From positions 5,133 to 69,132 of the forward strand of contig CAXSZN010000013.1 in assembly GCA_964241935.1 (NCBI GenBank): a stretch of 64,000 nt of DNA, written 5' to 3'. Shown piece by piece: positions 9,119-18,805 of the stretch; position 1 is the stretch's first letter; every line of letters starts with the position of its first letter. The notes under the pieces were generated by a model, which ran no database searches, had not been told where the DNA came from, and saw nothing but the letters and a program-made list of their open reading frames with translations. The position numbers were made by a program, and so were the translations under genes. This DNA comes from an uncultured Armatimonadales bacterium. GTDB lineage: Bacteria; Armatimonadota; Armatimonadia; Armatimonadales; Capsulimonadaceae.

Positions 9119-9459
9119 AGCATCGCGATGACGAAGTCTAAGCGCACGATGTCGTCTTCCGGCCCCTGTATTCGCAGCGTGCCGTCGTTGTACGGGTCAT
9201 TCGGAGACAGCTCACCATAAAAGATCTGGGTCAAAATCTCGGCGGACGATTGCAGCACCAAATCCGCCGCCGCCGGGGCGTCCGGCAGAGCTGAGACGGT
9301 CCCGTCGCGCGTGATGAGCGCCGCGTCCGTGCCTAAATCGGTTGCCTGGATGTGCATGACCCGGTTCCAGTCCTTAATCATCGCCATCAAGCGCGTGTTC
9401 TCGTTGCAGCTTTCTGCAAACGAGTTCAAGCTGTCTTGCAGTTCTTCTGTCGTTGCCAT
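9109..9459 (-). CDS. SCP2 sterol-binding-domain-like small protein
   Basis: Start chosen at MATTEEL, where AAGGAG lies upstream. The C-terminal ..DGTLRIQGPEDDIVRLDFVIAML pattern resembles SCP2 family proteins. Its stop overlaps the permease start by 10 nt. Confidence 0.55.
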   Translation of the reverse strand: MATTEELQDSLNSFAESCNENTRLMAMIKDWNRVMHIQATDLGTDAALITRDGTVSALPDAPAAADLVLQSSAEILTQIFYGELSPNDPYNDGTLRIQGPEDDIVRLDFVIAMLWE

Positions 9460-9490
9460 TGGAAACTCCTTGTTGCTGGTTCCACGGATT

Positions 9491-10408
9491 TCAATCCGTG
9501 GCTTTGAGAGCATGGAACGAACCATGCCAGCCCAGACGCTCAGTCCAGTCCTCATACACAGACGGCGTGATCTCGGTCAGCGGCAGACCGATGACGGCGA
9601 CTAAAGCGGCTTCCATCAAATTAGTGCCGCCGGAAAGACCGTCGAGTTCGGGCGTCGTCGTGGCGGCCCAGGCCGCACCGGCGTCGGCCATCCGCTTGAG
9701 TGAATGCGGGCGGGTGGTGTTGGTGACAATCCCCTTGCCGGGCGGCAGCGAGGGCGGCAGATGGCGCAGGATCAGATGCCCATCGCCGGCAATCACGTCG
9801 GCGGCGTCGTAGTATTTGGCATAGCGAGGATCGGCGGCCTGGATGTCCTGCGCCGCGCCGGTAGGATACAGCAGGTGAAACGGCACCGACAGCAGGCGGG
9901 ATTTGTACTTGCGGGCTAAATCTTCAATCTCGGAAAGCAGTGTGAGGGGGAAATCCAGGCCGATATTGAAGATCAAGTCGCCGAAGACGCACGGGCAGCC
10001 AAGCTCTGCAAACGAGGCCGCCATGCCGAAGCGGTCCAAAGCACTCACCATCAGCACCCGGCTGTTTTTATGAATATGCCCCGCGTCCGCAAGCTCGCGG
10101 ACGACGCGCCGCTCCAGCGTGTTCTTGAGGCCGCTGCCGTCCACCACCGGCGTTGTTTTGGCCGCTTCCGCCAAGCGCAGGCCGTCACCGATAAAGAAAG
10201 TCTGGCCGCCGACAGAAAGGGAGATGTCAATGCCGCCCAGACCCAGTGCATCGGCTTTGCCGTCAAGTTCTTGAATGCGCCGCTTCGCCCGATCCATGTC
10301 ACCGTTCGTGCCTTCGCGCGTCAGCCTGACCGTTTGTCCCGCCAGCGTGATTTCGCGCGTGAAATCCCCCGCCGCGGACCCGAGGCTGACACTCACTACC
10401 TGTTTCAT
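9491..10408 (-). CDS. conserved hypothetical protein (from memory resembles a family often auto-annotated as quinate 5-dehydrogenase)
   Basis: Start chosen at MKQVVSVSLGS. The longer ORF to 10537 reads through a palindromic repeat. The function assignment is from recollection only. Confidence 0.6.
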   Translation of the reverse strand: MKQVVSVSLGSAAGDFTREITLAGQTVRLTREGTNGDMDRAKRRIQELDGKADALGLGGIDISLSVGGQTFFIGDGLRLAEAAKTTPVVDGSGLKNTLERRVVRELADAGHIHKNSRVLMVSALDRFGMAASFAELGCPCVFGDLIFNIGLDFPLTLLSEIEDLARKYKSRLLSVPFHLLYPTGAAQDIQAADPRYAKYYDAADVIAGDGHLILRHLPPSLPPGKGIVTNTTRPHSLKRMADAGAAWAATTTPELDGLSGGTNLMEAALVAVIGLPLTEITPSVYEDWTERLGWHGSFHALKATD

Positions 10409-10463
10409 GCCACCCATCATACCTGCCTCGGCGCGGAAAAATCCAGTGGCCGGGAAGGGAGAA

Positions 10464-10554
10464 CCCCCTAGCCCCCAATAATGGGGGAACCGGAACAGGC
10501 TAAGATAGGCGTCTTTGCTTCCCTCTTGTTCCCCCATTATTGGGGGCTAGGGGG
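10464..10554. repeat. palindromic MITE/REP-like element, family A copy 1
   Basis: Terminal inverted arms CCCCCTAGCCCCCAATAATGGGGGAAC / GTTCCCCCATTATTGGGGGCTAGGGGG. Each arm is itself a C5/G5 hairpin. Confidence 0.85.
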
Positions 10555-10557
10555 ATT

Positions 10558-11817
10558 TTAGTGCGACGCATTTACCGGCTTGGAGCGGCCAAAAGGGCGC
10601 CGGGCGAACAGCGCCGCGTAAACCGCCTCCATTTTTCGAGCCGTGTGGCTGATCGTAAACAAGCGCTCGACCCGCTTTTTGCCGGCCAGCCCCATCGCCC
10701 GCGCCCCGACCGGATCGGCCAAAAGACGCCCAATGGCCGCGGCCATGTCTTCCGCGCTGCCCATCGGCACCAAGTATCCGGTTTCGCCGGGAACGACAAT
10801 CTCCGGCAGCGCCCCGCCATCTGTCGCAACCAGAGGCTTGCCCGCCGCCATGCCCTCAATCACGACCTGTCCAAACGGCTCTCCGAGAACGCTGGCATGG
10901 ACCACAATGTCAATCTGAAACAGAAGCTGGGCAACATCGTCGCGAAAGCCCAGAAAGCTGACGGTGTCCGTGATATGAAGCTGCCCCGCCATCGTGTGCA
11001 GCGCCTGCTCGTACTCAAACTCGCCGAACAGCGGCGCTCCGATGATCCAGAACCGGGCGTCGGGAAAGCGGTCGCGCAGGGCGGCGGCGGCCCGCAGGAA
11101 CACATGCTGCCCTTTCCACTCGGCGATGCGCCCGATCAGCGCGATCACCGGCGGATGGCCCCAAGCCGTGTCGTCTTCCGGCCTGTCCGCACTGTCCTGC
11201 GGCTTTTGGACGTAGCCGTCGTGGACAATTTCCAGGGGAACACCGCTGTAAACGACTGCGCCGGTTTTCGGACGCCGAGGCCAGAGCTGGTTGAGAGTGC
11301 TTTGCGAGTTAGTCACCACCACCTGCGGCAGCAGGCGCGAGAGCAGGCGAAACGCAAACGCCACGGATCCCGGCAGGTATTCGCTGTTGATGTTGTCCCG
11401 GATATGCCACAGCACGGGAATCCGCGCCAGCCGTCCGGCTACACCGCCGTAAATATCAGATTTCAGAGAGTTTGTGTGAATCAAATCTACGGAATGCGCC
11501 TGTGCCCAGCGGGCCAGCTCCCGGCTGTATGCGAAGAGCTGCCGAACCTGCCCGAGACGCAGCAAAGACCTGACGCCGAGGCTGTCTTTGCGTGTGTCCC
11601 GCAGCGCCGAATCCAGCGGCAGAACTGTCGTCTCAATCCCCGCCGCCCGCAGCCTGGCCGCCAGCGGTCCGTCTTCCGCCAGCACCACCAGCGGGCGATA
11701 AAGCGCCGGATCCAGCGCCGTCACCAGGTTCAGCAGCGCGATCTCTCCGCCGCCCATCTTGGCCGTGTGGTCCAGGTAAAGGATGGTTTTGGGAGAAGCA
11801 GGGGAAACAAAGGCCAT
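10558..11817 (-). CDS. GT4 family glycosyltransferase
   Basis: C-terminal GEPFGQVVIEGMAAGKPLVATDGGALPEIVVPGETGYLV (EX7E-type region). The start is either 11835 or 11817, and I prefer MAFVSPA. Confidence 0.8.
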   Translation of the reverse strand: MAFVSPASPKTILYLDHTAKMGGGEIALLNLVTALDPALYRPLVVLAEDGPLAARLRAAGIETTVLPLDSALRDTRKDSLGVRSLLRLGQVRQLFAYSRELARWAQAHSVDLIHTNSLKSDIYGGVAGRLARIPVLWHIRDNINSEYLPGSVAFAFRLLSRLLPQVVVTNSQSTLNQLWPRRPKTGAVVYSGVPLEIVHDGYVQKPQDSADRPEDDTAWGHPPVIALIGRIAEWKGQHVFLRAAAALRDRFPDARFWIIGAPLFGEFEYEQALHTMAGQLHITDTVSFLGFRDDVAQLLFQIDIVVHASVLGEPFGQVVIEGMAAGKPLVATDGGALPEIVVPGETGYLVPMGSAEDMAAAIGRLLADPVGARAMGLAGKKRVERLFTISHTARKMEAVYAALFARRPFGRSKPVNASH

Positions 11818-11829
11818 AAAATAATTTTC

Positions 11830-11848
11830 ATGCACGATTCATGCCAAG
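11830..11848 (-). promoter_or_regulatory. sigma-54-like -24/-12 element (CTTGGCATGAATCGTGCAT)
   Basis: TGGCAT-N5-GTGCA has GG and GC at the canonical 12-nt register. It is 18/19 identical to the element upstream of csrA (51853-51871). Confidence 0.45.
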
Positions 11849-11861
11849 CACATCCTCAGCG

Positions 11862-11896
11862 TGTTAAGACCATGCCACAAACGGCATGGTCTTAAA
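11862..11896 (-). terminator. hairpin downstream of the SDR gene (weak terminator candidate)
   Basis: GTTAAGACCATGCC..GGCATGGTCTTAAAC inverted repeat with no clear U-tract. Confidence 0.3.
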
Positions 11897-11905
11897 CCCA
11901 CGCCG

Positions 11906-12664
11906 CTAGATTGCCTGCTGATGTGGGCGGATTTGCAGCAGGATCACATCGCTGCGCTCCGGCTGCACCAGGCAAAAGTGAACCGCTGCGGCAATGTCCT
12001 CCGACAGCAGCATCTTTCCTTCGGCTTCCTGCGCGGGCTGCTCTTCGGGCGTCGAGTTCGGGAAGTCTGCGCCGACCTTGCCGGGTTCCACCAGCGAGAC
12101 TTTAATGCCCATTTCGTTGACCTGCTTGCGAAGCGACTCCGAGAAGCCTTCAATCGCGGCTTTGGTCGCCACATAGATGTCCGCGCCGCCGTCGCGCAGC
12201 TTCGCGCTGAGCGAGCCGATATTGACGATATGCCCGCTTTTTTTCTCTTTCATGCGGTCAATCGCCTGGCGCGAACAGCCCATGTAGCCCAGAATGTTCG
12301 CTTGAACCACATACTGCCACTCGGCATACTCCGTGTCTACAATGCTTTGGGCGGCTTCAGCGGCGTTGTTGACCAGAATGTCCACGCCGCCGAGCTTTGT
12401 GTCGGCTTCGGCAAAGATTTTCTCAATATCTTCGGGCTTTGTCGTGTCGGCGACAACGCCGAAGACTTTGCCTTCCGCCGGCATATCGGCCAGCGCTTCC
12501 TTCAGCTCGGCTTCATGGCGGCCTAAAATCAAAACATTGGCCCCCTGGGACGCCAGCAGCTCGGCGGTGGCCCGGCCAATACCGGTCGTCCCGCCGGTGA
12601 CGACAACTGCTTTACCCTTGAGGCTGGTAGGAACAACTTCTTTTCGCATAGGACTTGCTTCCAT
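11906..12664 (-). CDS. short-chain dehydrogenase/reductase (SDR)
   Basis: VVVTGGTTGIGRA Rossmann motif and YVATK catalytic motif. The start is at 12664 or 12649. The 324-aa ORF-track version is an upstream over-extension. Confidence 0.8.
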   Translation of the reverse strand: MEASPMRKEVVPTSLKGKAVVVTGGTTGIGRATAELLASQGANVLILGRHEAELKEALADMPAEGKVFGVVADTTKPEDIEKIFAEADTKLGGVDILVNNAAEAAQSIVDTEYAEWQYVVQANILGYMGCSRQAIDRMKEKKSGHIVNIGSLSAKLRDGGADIYVATKAAIEGFSESLRKQVNEMGIKVSLVEPGKVGADFPNSTPEEQPAQEAEGKMLLSEDIAAAVHFCLVQPERSDVILLQIRPHQQAI

Positions 12665-12767
12665 TCGTAGTTTTTTAGTGACAGTCTGTGGTATACCCGT
12701 GTGCTTTTTGGGAAAAACTAGACAAGCATAGTTTAGAAACAAGCAAGTGTTAGGAAGAAGAAACAAG

Positions 12768-14942
12768 ATGGGCGATATTGCAAATGACAAGGTGGCAGGC
12801 ATTGATCCCTGGACGGCAGCGGTATCCCAAGAGCTGACAGCAAACCCGCCGCTCTTTGAGCAAAAGCTTTCCGGCGGCATGACGCTGACCGTGCAGCCGG
12901 GGATCGAATCACTTTGGCTAGTGGCACGCGGGCCGGGCGGCGGCGGTGCCGCCTTTCGCGCGGCTTACGCGCCCGGCGGGCTGACCGTGGAAGAAGTCCG
13001 CGCCGAAGAACAGGCCGTGCAGGTGACGCTCCAAGCGCCGAGCGGCATGTTTAGCGTCGCGGTCGAAGTCGTCAGCGGTAAACTGCTGCACTGGACGACG
13101 ACGCAGACTCCGGCCTTTGACTTGGTCCTGCCGTTCAGTCCGCGCGACGTTTACCCGCTGGATCAAAACAACAGTCCCGCAGAAGCACGCGGCACGGCCC
13201 ATGCCGGGCAGCCGGCAGCCGGCGCATCGGCGCTGTTCTTTACGGTGGCCGAGCCGGCGTTTGGGTCGGCCCTGTACCTGCACAACTTTTCCGCGCTGAA
13301 CCCGCTGTTTGAGACGCTCGGCACCCGGCCCCTGGGCCTTGTCGGCGGGCTGTGGCCGCAGATTGGATTTGCGCTGCCACCGTCCGAAACGCCGCTGCCG
13401 GCAGGGAAGCCGGTGGTCGTTTCCGATGCGTTTGTCTGCGTCAGCCCCGAAATTCCTGCAAGCGAGCGTGACGCGGCGAAGCTGTATTTAGACTGTCTTG
13501 CAGCACTGTATCCGTACTTGCCCCAGCCGGGAACCCAGTGGCGGGACTGGCCGAAGCGGGCCGCAAACGCCCTTTATGATTTGCAGACGAGCGCCGGCTG
13601 CCTGGTTCAGCAGAACGGCTTCACCTATGCCCGGCCTTATTTAGATGCCGAAGAGCCGGACAGCATGGTCCAGCTTGCTCTCATGCTGCCGCTGATCGAA
13701 TACAGCGAATGGACCGGGCAGCCGGTGCCGCTGGCTTCGGCGCTCCGGGCCGGCATCCCGGCGTTCTACGATGCCGCGCTGGGCGCGATGCGCCGTTACC
13801 TGCCGGACGCCCCGAAAGATAAAGACCGCAATGAATCCGACTCCTGGTATCTATATCATCCGCTGCTGGACTTGGCGCGTTTAGCAAAGCGCGGTGACGA
13901 TGAAGCGCGTCATCTGCTCTTCAGCTCCTTAGAACATGCGATCACGGCCGCCCGCCACTTCAAGTACCGCTGGCCCGTCAAGTTCCATTTGGAGACTTTG
14001 GAAGTGCTGACCGGTATCCGCAAGCCAAACGAGCCGGGGCAGTCGGATGTCGGCGGCATCTACGCCGCTGTGATGATCGAAGCCTGGGACTTATCCGGCG
14101 ATGATCGGTATCTAGAAGAAGCCAAAGCCGCCGTCCGCGCCTTGACCGGCTACCGGTTTGCGGTCGGCTACCAGTTCAACATCACTGCTATCGGTGCGGC
14201 GGCCTGCCTGCGCTTGTGGAAGACCACTGGGGACGACTTTTTCCGAGACCAAAGCCTGGTGCTGCTGGCATCGTTCTTCCAGCATACCACATTTTACGAC
14301 TGCCATCTCGGAACCGCGAAGTTCTTCCCGGCGTTTCTCGGCGTTTTGTGCCTGCACGATGCCGAATACACGGCGGTCTTTGAAGCTTTTGAGTCGTTTG
14401 CCGCGTTCCATCAGATGTTTGAGCACGCCGGCGACGCCCTGCCGGACTCGGCGCGTCTATTGATTACGGAATACTGCCGCTGCCTGCTGAACCGGGCCTG
14501 GTACTACTACCCCGGCGAGCTGCCGGAAGAGTGTTTGGCGAAAGAAATCCGCAACGGGCATCTGGACCGGACGCTTGCTCTTCCGATGGAAGACCTGTAT
14601 CCTATCGGCGACCCCGCCGGCGCGGTCGGCCAGGAAGTCTACGGCGCGGGCGCGGCCTTTGCGTTCGCCACCCGCACCTTCCACTCCCTGCCGGACGCCC
14701 CGTTCCAAGCCGCCTGCGATTATCCGGTGACTGTTTCAAGCGCCGATGCCCACTGCGTCGCCCTGCGCGTCCACGGCGTTCCGTCCCGCATTTGCCGCTT
14801 CAAGCTGATTTCTTCTGATGGTTCCCTGCCGCTTGTCACCCTGCGTCACGGCGGCCAGGAACTGCCTGGTTCCGACAGTCGCCCCGGCGAGCGCGAGTAT
14901 GCCGTTCCCGGCGGCAGCGACATTGAAATCCGCTGGCAATAA
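12768..14942 (+). CDS. large conserved hypothetical protein (about 724 aa)
   Basis: Long ORF with sensible composition and ATG at 12768 after AGGAAG. I could not recognise a domain with confidence. Confidence 0.65.
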   Translation: MGDIANDKVAGIDPWTAAVSQELTANPPLFEQKLSGGMTLTVQPGIESLWLVARGPGGGGAAFRAAYAPGGLTVEEVRAEEQAVQVTLQAPSGMFSVAVEVVSGKLLHWTTTQTPAFDLVLPFSPRDVYPLDQNNSPAEARGTAHAGQPAAGASALFFTVAEPAFGSALYLHNFSALNPLFETLGTRPLGLVGGLWPQIGFALPPSETPLPAGKPVVVSDAFVCVSPEIPASERDAAKLYLDCLAALYPYLPQPGTQWRDWPKRAANALYDLQTSAGCLVQQNGFTYARPYLDAEEPDSMVQLALMLPLIEYSEWTGQPVPLASALRAGIPAFYDAALGAMRRYLPDAPKDKDRNESDSWYLYHPLLDLARLAKRGDDEARHLLFSSLEHAITAARHFKYRWPVKFHLETLEVLTGIRKPNEPGQSDVGGIYAAVMIEAWDLSGDDRYLEEAKAAVRALTGYRFAVGYQFNITAIGAAACLRLWKTTGDDFFRDQSLVLLASFFQHTTFYDCHLGTAKFFPAFLGVLCLHDAEYTAVFEAFESFAAFHQMFEHAGDALPDSARLLITEYCRCLLNRAWYYYPGELPEECLAKEIRNGHLDRTLALPMEDLYPIGDPAGAVGQEVYGAGAAFAFATRTFHSLPDAPFQAACDYPVTVSSADAHCVALRVHGVPSRICRFKLISSDGSLPLVTLRHGGQELPGSDSRPGEREYAVPGGSDIEIRWQ

Positions 14943-15002
14943 CACATCTGACTTGCAATTTGTGGGGGCGCTGCTTGCTGCGCCCTCTTACGTTTGTATC
15001 AG

Positions 15003-15239
15003 GCGTTAGGGAACCGTGCCGTTCAGGAACCGTGCCATGAATGGCACGGCTACACAGCGAAGACGCTACAAAACACCCGCTTCGCGGGGTTAAGATAGTT
15101 TCGGAATGTTCTTAGTCCCGCGCCTTCCAGGTCTGCCATTGCAGAAGCGGTACTTCGTGGCGTCTGCGCCGTATAGCCGTGCGTTTTAACGCATGGTCCC
15201 TAAACCGCATGTTTCCTGAACGGTACAGTTCCCTAACGC
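15003..15239. repeat. MITE-like element, family E (27-bp terminal inverted repeats)
   Basis: GCGTTAGGGAACCGTGCCGTTCAGGAA (15003-15029) pairs with TTCCTGAACGGTACAGTTCCCTAACGC (15213-15239). Internal hairpins are present, e.g. CCGTGCCATGAATGGCACGG. Confidence 0.8.
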
Positions 15240-15346
15240 ACCATTCTTTAACGCACGCCTTCTTTTGATTGACCACACCCGCTCGCGGGTAAATTGAAGC
15301 AGTTCTCCTCTTATCCTACAAAGCATTTTTCGGAAAGGGCAATTTT

Positions 15347-16585
15347 ATGACACAGCGTTCCGCCCGTTATGTTCTCATCGGCGGCGGCCTCGCCTCCGCG
15401 ACTGCGGCGGAAACGATCCGTAAGTATGATCTCAAAGGCGAGATACTGATAATCGGCTCCGAACCCCACCCGCCGTATCACCGCCCCCCGCTGTCCAAAG
15501 AATACCTGCGCGGGGAAGCAAGCGCCGAAGACGTGCTGCTGATCAAGCCGGAAGAGTGGTACGCCGAGAACGGCGTCACGCTGCTGACGGAAACCAAAGC
15601 AGCGGGCGCAAACACGAAGACGAAGCTGGTCACGCTGGACAACGGCGACACGATTACCTACGAGAAGCTGCTGGTCGCCACGGGATCGTCGCCGAAGACG
15701 CTGGATGTTCCCGGCATGGACGGGCCGAATGTCCGGACCCTGCGGACGTGGGATGACAGCGACGCGCTCCACACGCACTTGGGCCGGAAGATTATTTTAG
15801 TCGGCGGCGGCTATATCGGCGTGGAAGTCGCGGCGGATTTTCTGACCAAAGGCGGACAAGCGACAATTGTCGAGCCGACAAGTCACTTGTGGAGCAAATT
15901 CGCGTCGCCGGAATACGGTGCGTTCTTGAAGAAAAAGATGGAAGCGGCGGGTGCGGAAGTTGTTCTTGGCGACGAAGTCACGGAAATCACTCCCACGGGT
16001 GTTAAGACCAAGTCCGGCCAAGCGATCAGCGGCGACATTGTGCTGGTGGCTGTCGGCGTCAAGCCCAATCTGGAGTTTGCACTCGCCGCAGGCTTAGACG
16101 TAGACGAGAAAAAGAACGGCGTTCTGGTCAATGAGTTTCTGCAAAGCAGCGCCCCGGATGTCTACGCCGCCGGGGATGTAGCAGGCTTCCAAGACCCGGT
16201 GCTGGGCAAACAGTGGCGCGTCGAGCACTGGAACAATGCCCTTTGGCACGGCGAGATCGCCGGAGCGAACATGGCAGGCCAGAAGATCGCCTACGATCAT
16301 GTCCCGAACTTCTTTTCCGATGAGCTGGACATTCACTTTGAGCTGTTCGGCGACCCGCAGGGCGGCAAAGGCGGCTTGTTCCACGGTGACCCTGCATCGA
16401 ACCGCTTTGACGAGCTGTATCTCGACGACGACAACCGGGTTGTGATGGTGATCTCGGTCAACCCGCCCCAAGAGCTGTACGACACGCTCGGCAAGCTGCC
16501 GCGCGTCAAGCCCGACATAGACGATCTTAAAGAAGAAATCAAAAGTGCAGACTTTGATTTAGACCTGCTGCTGGCTCTGGACTGA
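15347..16585 (+). CDS. FAD-dependent pyridine nucleotide-disulfide oxidoreductase (ferredoxin-reductase/AIF-like)
   Basis: YVLIGGGLASATAAE and ILVGGGYIGVEVAA dinucleotide-binding motifs, plus AAGDVA. Confidence 0.85.
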   Translation: MTQRSARYVLIGGGLASATAAETIRKYDLKGEILIIGSEPHPPYHRPPLSKEYLRGEASAEDVLLIKPEEWYAENGVTLLTETKAAGANTKTKLVTLDNGDTITYEKLLVATGSSPKTLDVPGMDGPNVRTLRTWDDSDALHTHLGRKIILVGGGYIGVEVAADFLTKGGQATIVEPTSHLWSKFASPEYGAFLKKKMEAAGAEVVLGDEVTEITPTGVKTKSGQAISGDIVLVAVGVKPNLEFALAAGLDVDEKKNGVLVNEFLQSSAPDVYAAGDVAGFQDPVLGKQWRVEHWNNALWHGEIAGANMAGQKIAYDHVPNFFSDELDIHFELFGDPQGGKGGLFHGDPASNRFDELYLDDDNRVVMVISVNPPQELYDTLGKLPRVKPDIDDLKEEIKSADFDLDLLLALD

Positions 16586-18652
16586 TGCCGGCGCAGCGAG
16601 GAACGCCCGAATGCATTCCGGATCCCACTGAGTCCCCGCGCCTTCTTCCAAGATCTGCCTGGCTTTTTGTGCATCCATCCCTTTTCGGTAGGGCCGGTCG
16701 GTAGTCATGGCGGAATACGCATCGGCAACGGCCATCAAACGTGCGAAAAGAGGCGTTTCTTCCCTCACCAGTCCAAACGGATACCCCTCGCCGTCCCACC
16801 GCTCATGGTGATGGCGGATCGCGCCGAGCGCTTCCTCAAAACCCGGCACGGCGCCGACAATGTTCGCGCCCATGACCGGATGCTGCTGAATGGCTTCGAA
16901 CTCTGCCGGGGTCAAGCGGCCCGGCTTGCGGAGGATGTCGTCGGGGACGCCGATCTTCCCGACATCATGCAGCAGTGCCGCAAGCGCGATTGTCTGCTGG
17001 GCGGCTTCGTCCAATCCAAGCGCCGACGCAATTTGCAGGCTGTGGACCATCACATCTTCCGAGTGGCGGCAGGTGTAGCGGTCTTTGACATCTACGGCAT
17101 TCACCAAAGCGCTCAGCATCAGGAAGCCGGAACGGGAATGAGCAAACCGCGCCCGGAAGCTTTCCACGAGCGCGGCTTTCGTGCCTTCGCCCGCTTTCGC
17201 CGCCCGCAGGCGCTGATCTGCCAGCTCGACCAGCTCCAGGCGGGTTGCCGCGTCTTCCATGAAAGTCGCCACACCCACAGACGCTCCAATCGGGATAACC
17301 GTGCCGTAGCCGGGGGGCGTGTAGCCCAGCTCCGACAGGGCTGCCCGCAGGCGCTCCTCCAAGCTGCCGACATCTTCTGTTTCCGGAACAGTGGCAAGCA
17401 GCGCGAACTCATCGCCGCCGAACCGGGCCAGCGTATCATACGAGCGGCAGCTTCCGCGCAGCGCCGAAGCGACCTGGCACAAGATGCCGTCGCCGACGGA
17501 GTGCCCGTACACGTCGTTAAAGAACTTGAAGTTGTCCACATCAATCATCGCCATGACCAGCCGCTCGCCGGAGCGCTGGGCGCGGTCCGCTTCGGCTTCC
17601 AGGCGCTTCTGAAAGCCCCGATGGTTCCACAGCCCTGTCAGAGAGTCCAGGTCGGCGCGTTCCAGCGCTTCCGCCAGCAGCGTTTCCCGCTGCATTTCCA
17701 TCACTTTCCGCGCGGTGATGTCGCGCTGAACCGAGACCCAGTGCGTGTACCAGCCTTTAGAGTTTGCAATCGGGACAACATTCAGCTCAGACCAGAACTT
17801 TGTGCCGTCCTTGCAGTAGTTCAGCACTTCAACCTGCACCGGCTTCCATTTTTTTAGGTGTTTTCGAATCTTGTTGTTGACAATTTGATCGGTGTCCGGC
17901 CCTTGCAGCATACGCGGCGTCTGGCCGATCGCTTCCTCCGCCGTATACCCTGTCATTTTAGTGAAAGCGGCATTGACATACACAATGCGTGGGCCGGGCT
18001 GGCTGATCGGCTCGGCTTCGGTGATAATGATGACATCGTTGGCCTTCTCCACGGCGGCCTCCAGCAGGCGCAGGCGCTCGGTCACTTTCCAGCGCTCCCG
18101 CATGACTTGTTCCTGCTCTGCGACCCGGCGGCGCAGCTCAAGCTGGGCCATGACCTGGCGGCTGAGGATCATCAGCGCTTCCTGCTGTTCGCAGGTGAGT
18201 GTGCGCGGCTTGCTGTCTAAAACGCACAGCGTTCCCAGCGTTTCTCCTTCGGGGGTAACTAAAGGCGCTCCGGCGTAGAAGCGTAGATGCGGCCCGTCCG
18301 TCACGAGCGGGTTGGCGGCAAACCGTGCGTCGAGCGCCGTATCGGGGATGACAAACAAACCTGATTGGCCGAGCGCATGGACGCAGAAGGAGAGTTCGCG
18401 CGGGATTTGGCTTGTTTCCACGCCCTTCCGTGCCTTGAACCACTGCCGATCTTTGTCTATCAGCGTAATCAATGCTACCGGCACTTCACAAAGAGCGGAA
18501 ACGAGATGGATGATGTCATCAAAATCTTTTTCCGGCGGGGTATCCAGAATGCTGTAAGAGCGCAGCGCCGCGAGGCGGCTGTCTTCGTCCAAATAGAGTT
18601 GATTGTTTATGAAGTCAGGGCTGGAAGAAGAACACATTATCGATCCTAACAT
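16559..18652 (-). CDS. GAF-PAS-GGDEF-HD-GYP multidomain c-di-GMP signalling protein
   Basis: N-terminal GAF-like region, a PAS domain, RFGGDEF, then LLHDVGKIGVPD and HHERWDGEGYPFGL (HD-GYP). Confidence 0.85.
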   Translation of the reverse strand: MLGSIMCSSSSPDFINNQLYLDEDSRLAALRSYSILDTPPEKDFDDIIHLVSALCEVPVALITLIDKDRQWFKARKGVETSQIPRELSFCVHALGQSGLFVIPDTALDARFAANPLVTDGPHLRFYAGAPLVTPEGETLGTLCVLDSKPRTLTCEQQEALMILSRQVMAQLELRRRVAEQEQVMRERWKVTERLRLLEAAVEKANDVIIITEAEPISQPGPRIVYVNAAFTKMTGYTAEEAIGQTPRMLQGPDTDQIVNNKIRKHLKKWKPVQVEVLNYCKDGTKFWSELNVVPIANSKGWYTHWVSVQRDITARKVMEMQRETLLAEALERADLDSLTGLWNHRGFQKRLEAEADRAQRSGERLVMAMIDVDNFKFFNDVYGHSVGDGILCQVASALRGSCRSYDTLARFGGDEFALLATVPETEDVGSLEERLRAALSELGYTPPGYGTVIPIGASVGVATFMEDAATRLELVELADQRLRAAKAGEGTKAALVESFRARFAHSRSGFLMLSALVNAVDVKDRYTCRHSEDVMVHSLQIASALGLDEAAQQTIALAALLHDVGKIGVPDDILRKPGRLTPAEFEAIQQHPVMGANIVGAVPGFEEALGAIRHHHERWDGEGYPFGLVREETPLFARLMAVADAYSAMTTDRPYRKGMDAQKARQILEEGAGTQWDPECIRAFLAAPASVQSQQQV

Positions 18653-18805
18653 ACGGCTTATCGCGTGGGCGCTGCTGTAATTGTGGCAGATTTCGCTTTG
18701 CGGCTCAGACTGTTTTTGAAAATGTATGCTAAGAAAGCGCCCTGCCCCTCTACCCCAGGGCAGAACACAAGGGCAGAAACGCAGTCTCAGAGCGGCCTTC
18801 TGTTC

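Noticed and set aside
10409-10537. N-terminal extension of the 9491 ORF, with similar extensions at 26463-26486 and 49367-49492
   Set aside because: The extensions read through family A palindromes, giving translations such as PHYWGLGG and PIIGG. Internal Met starts with RBS-like sequences fit better.
10540-11895. 451-aa plus-strand ORF
   Set aside because: It is antisense to the well-supported GT4 gene and has an Arg/Pro/Gln-rich junk composition. It is a typical high-GC shadow ORF.
12665-12767. Possible riboswitch or regulatory RNA in the divergent SDR / large-hypothetical spacer
   Set aside because: Only promoter-like AT-rich sequence is present (e.g. tgtggtatac). I could see no conserved structured motif.
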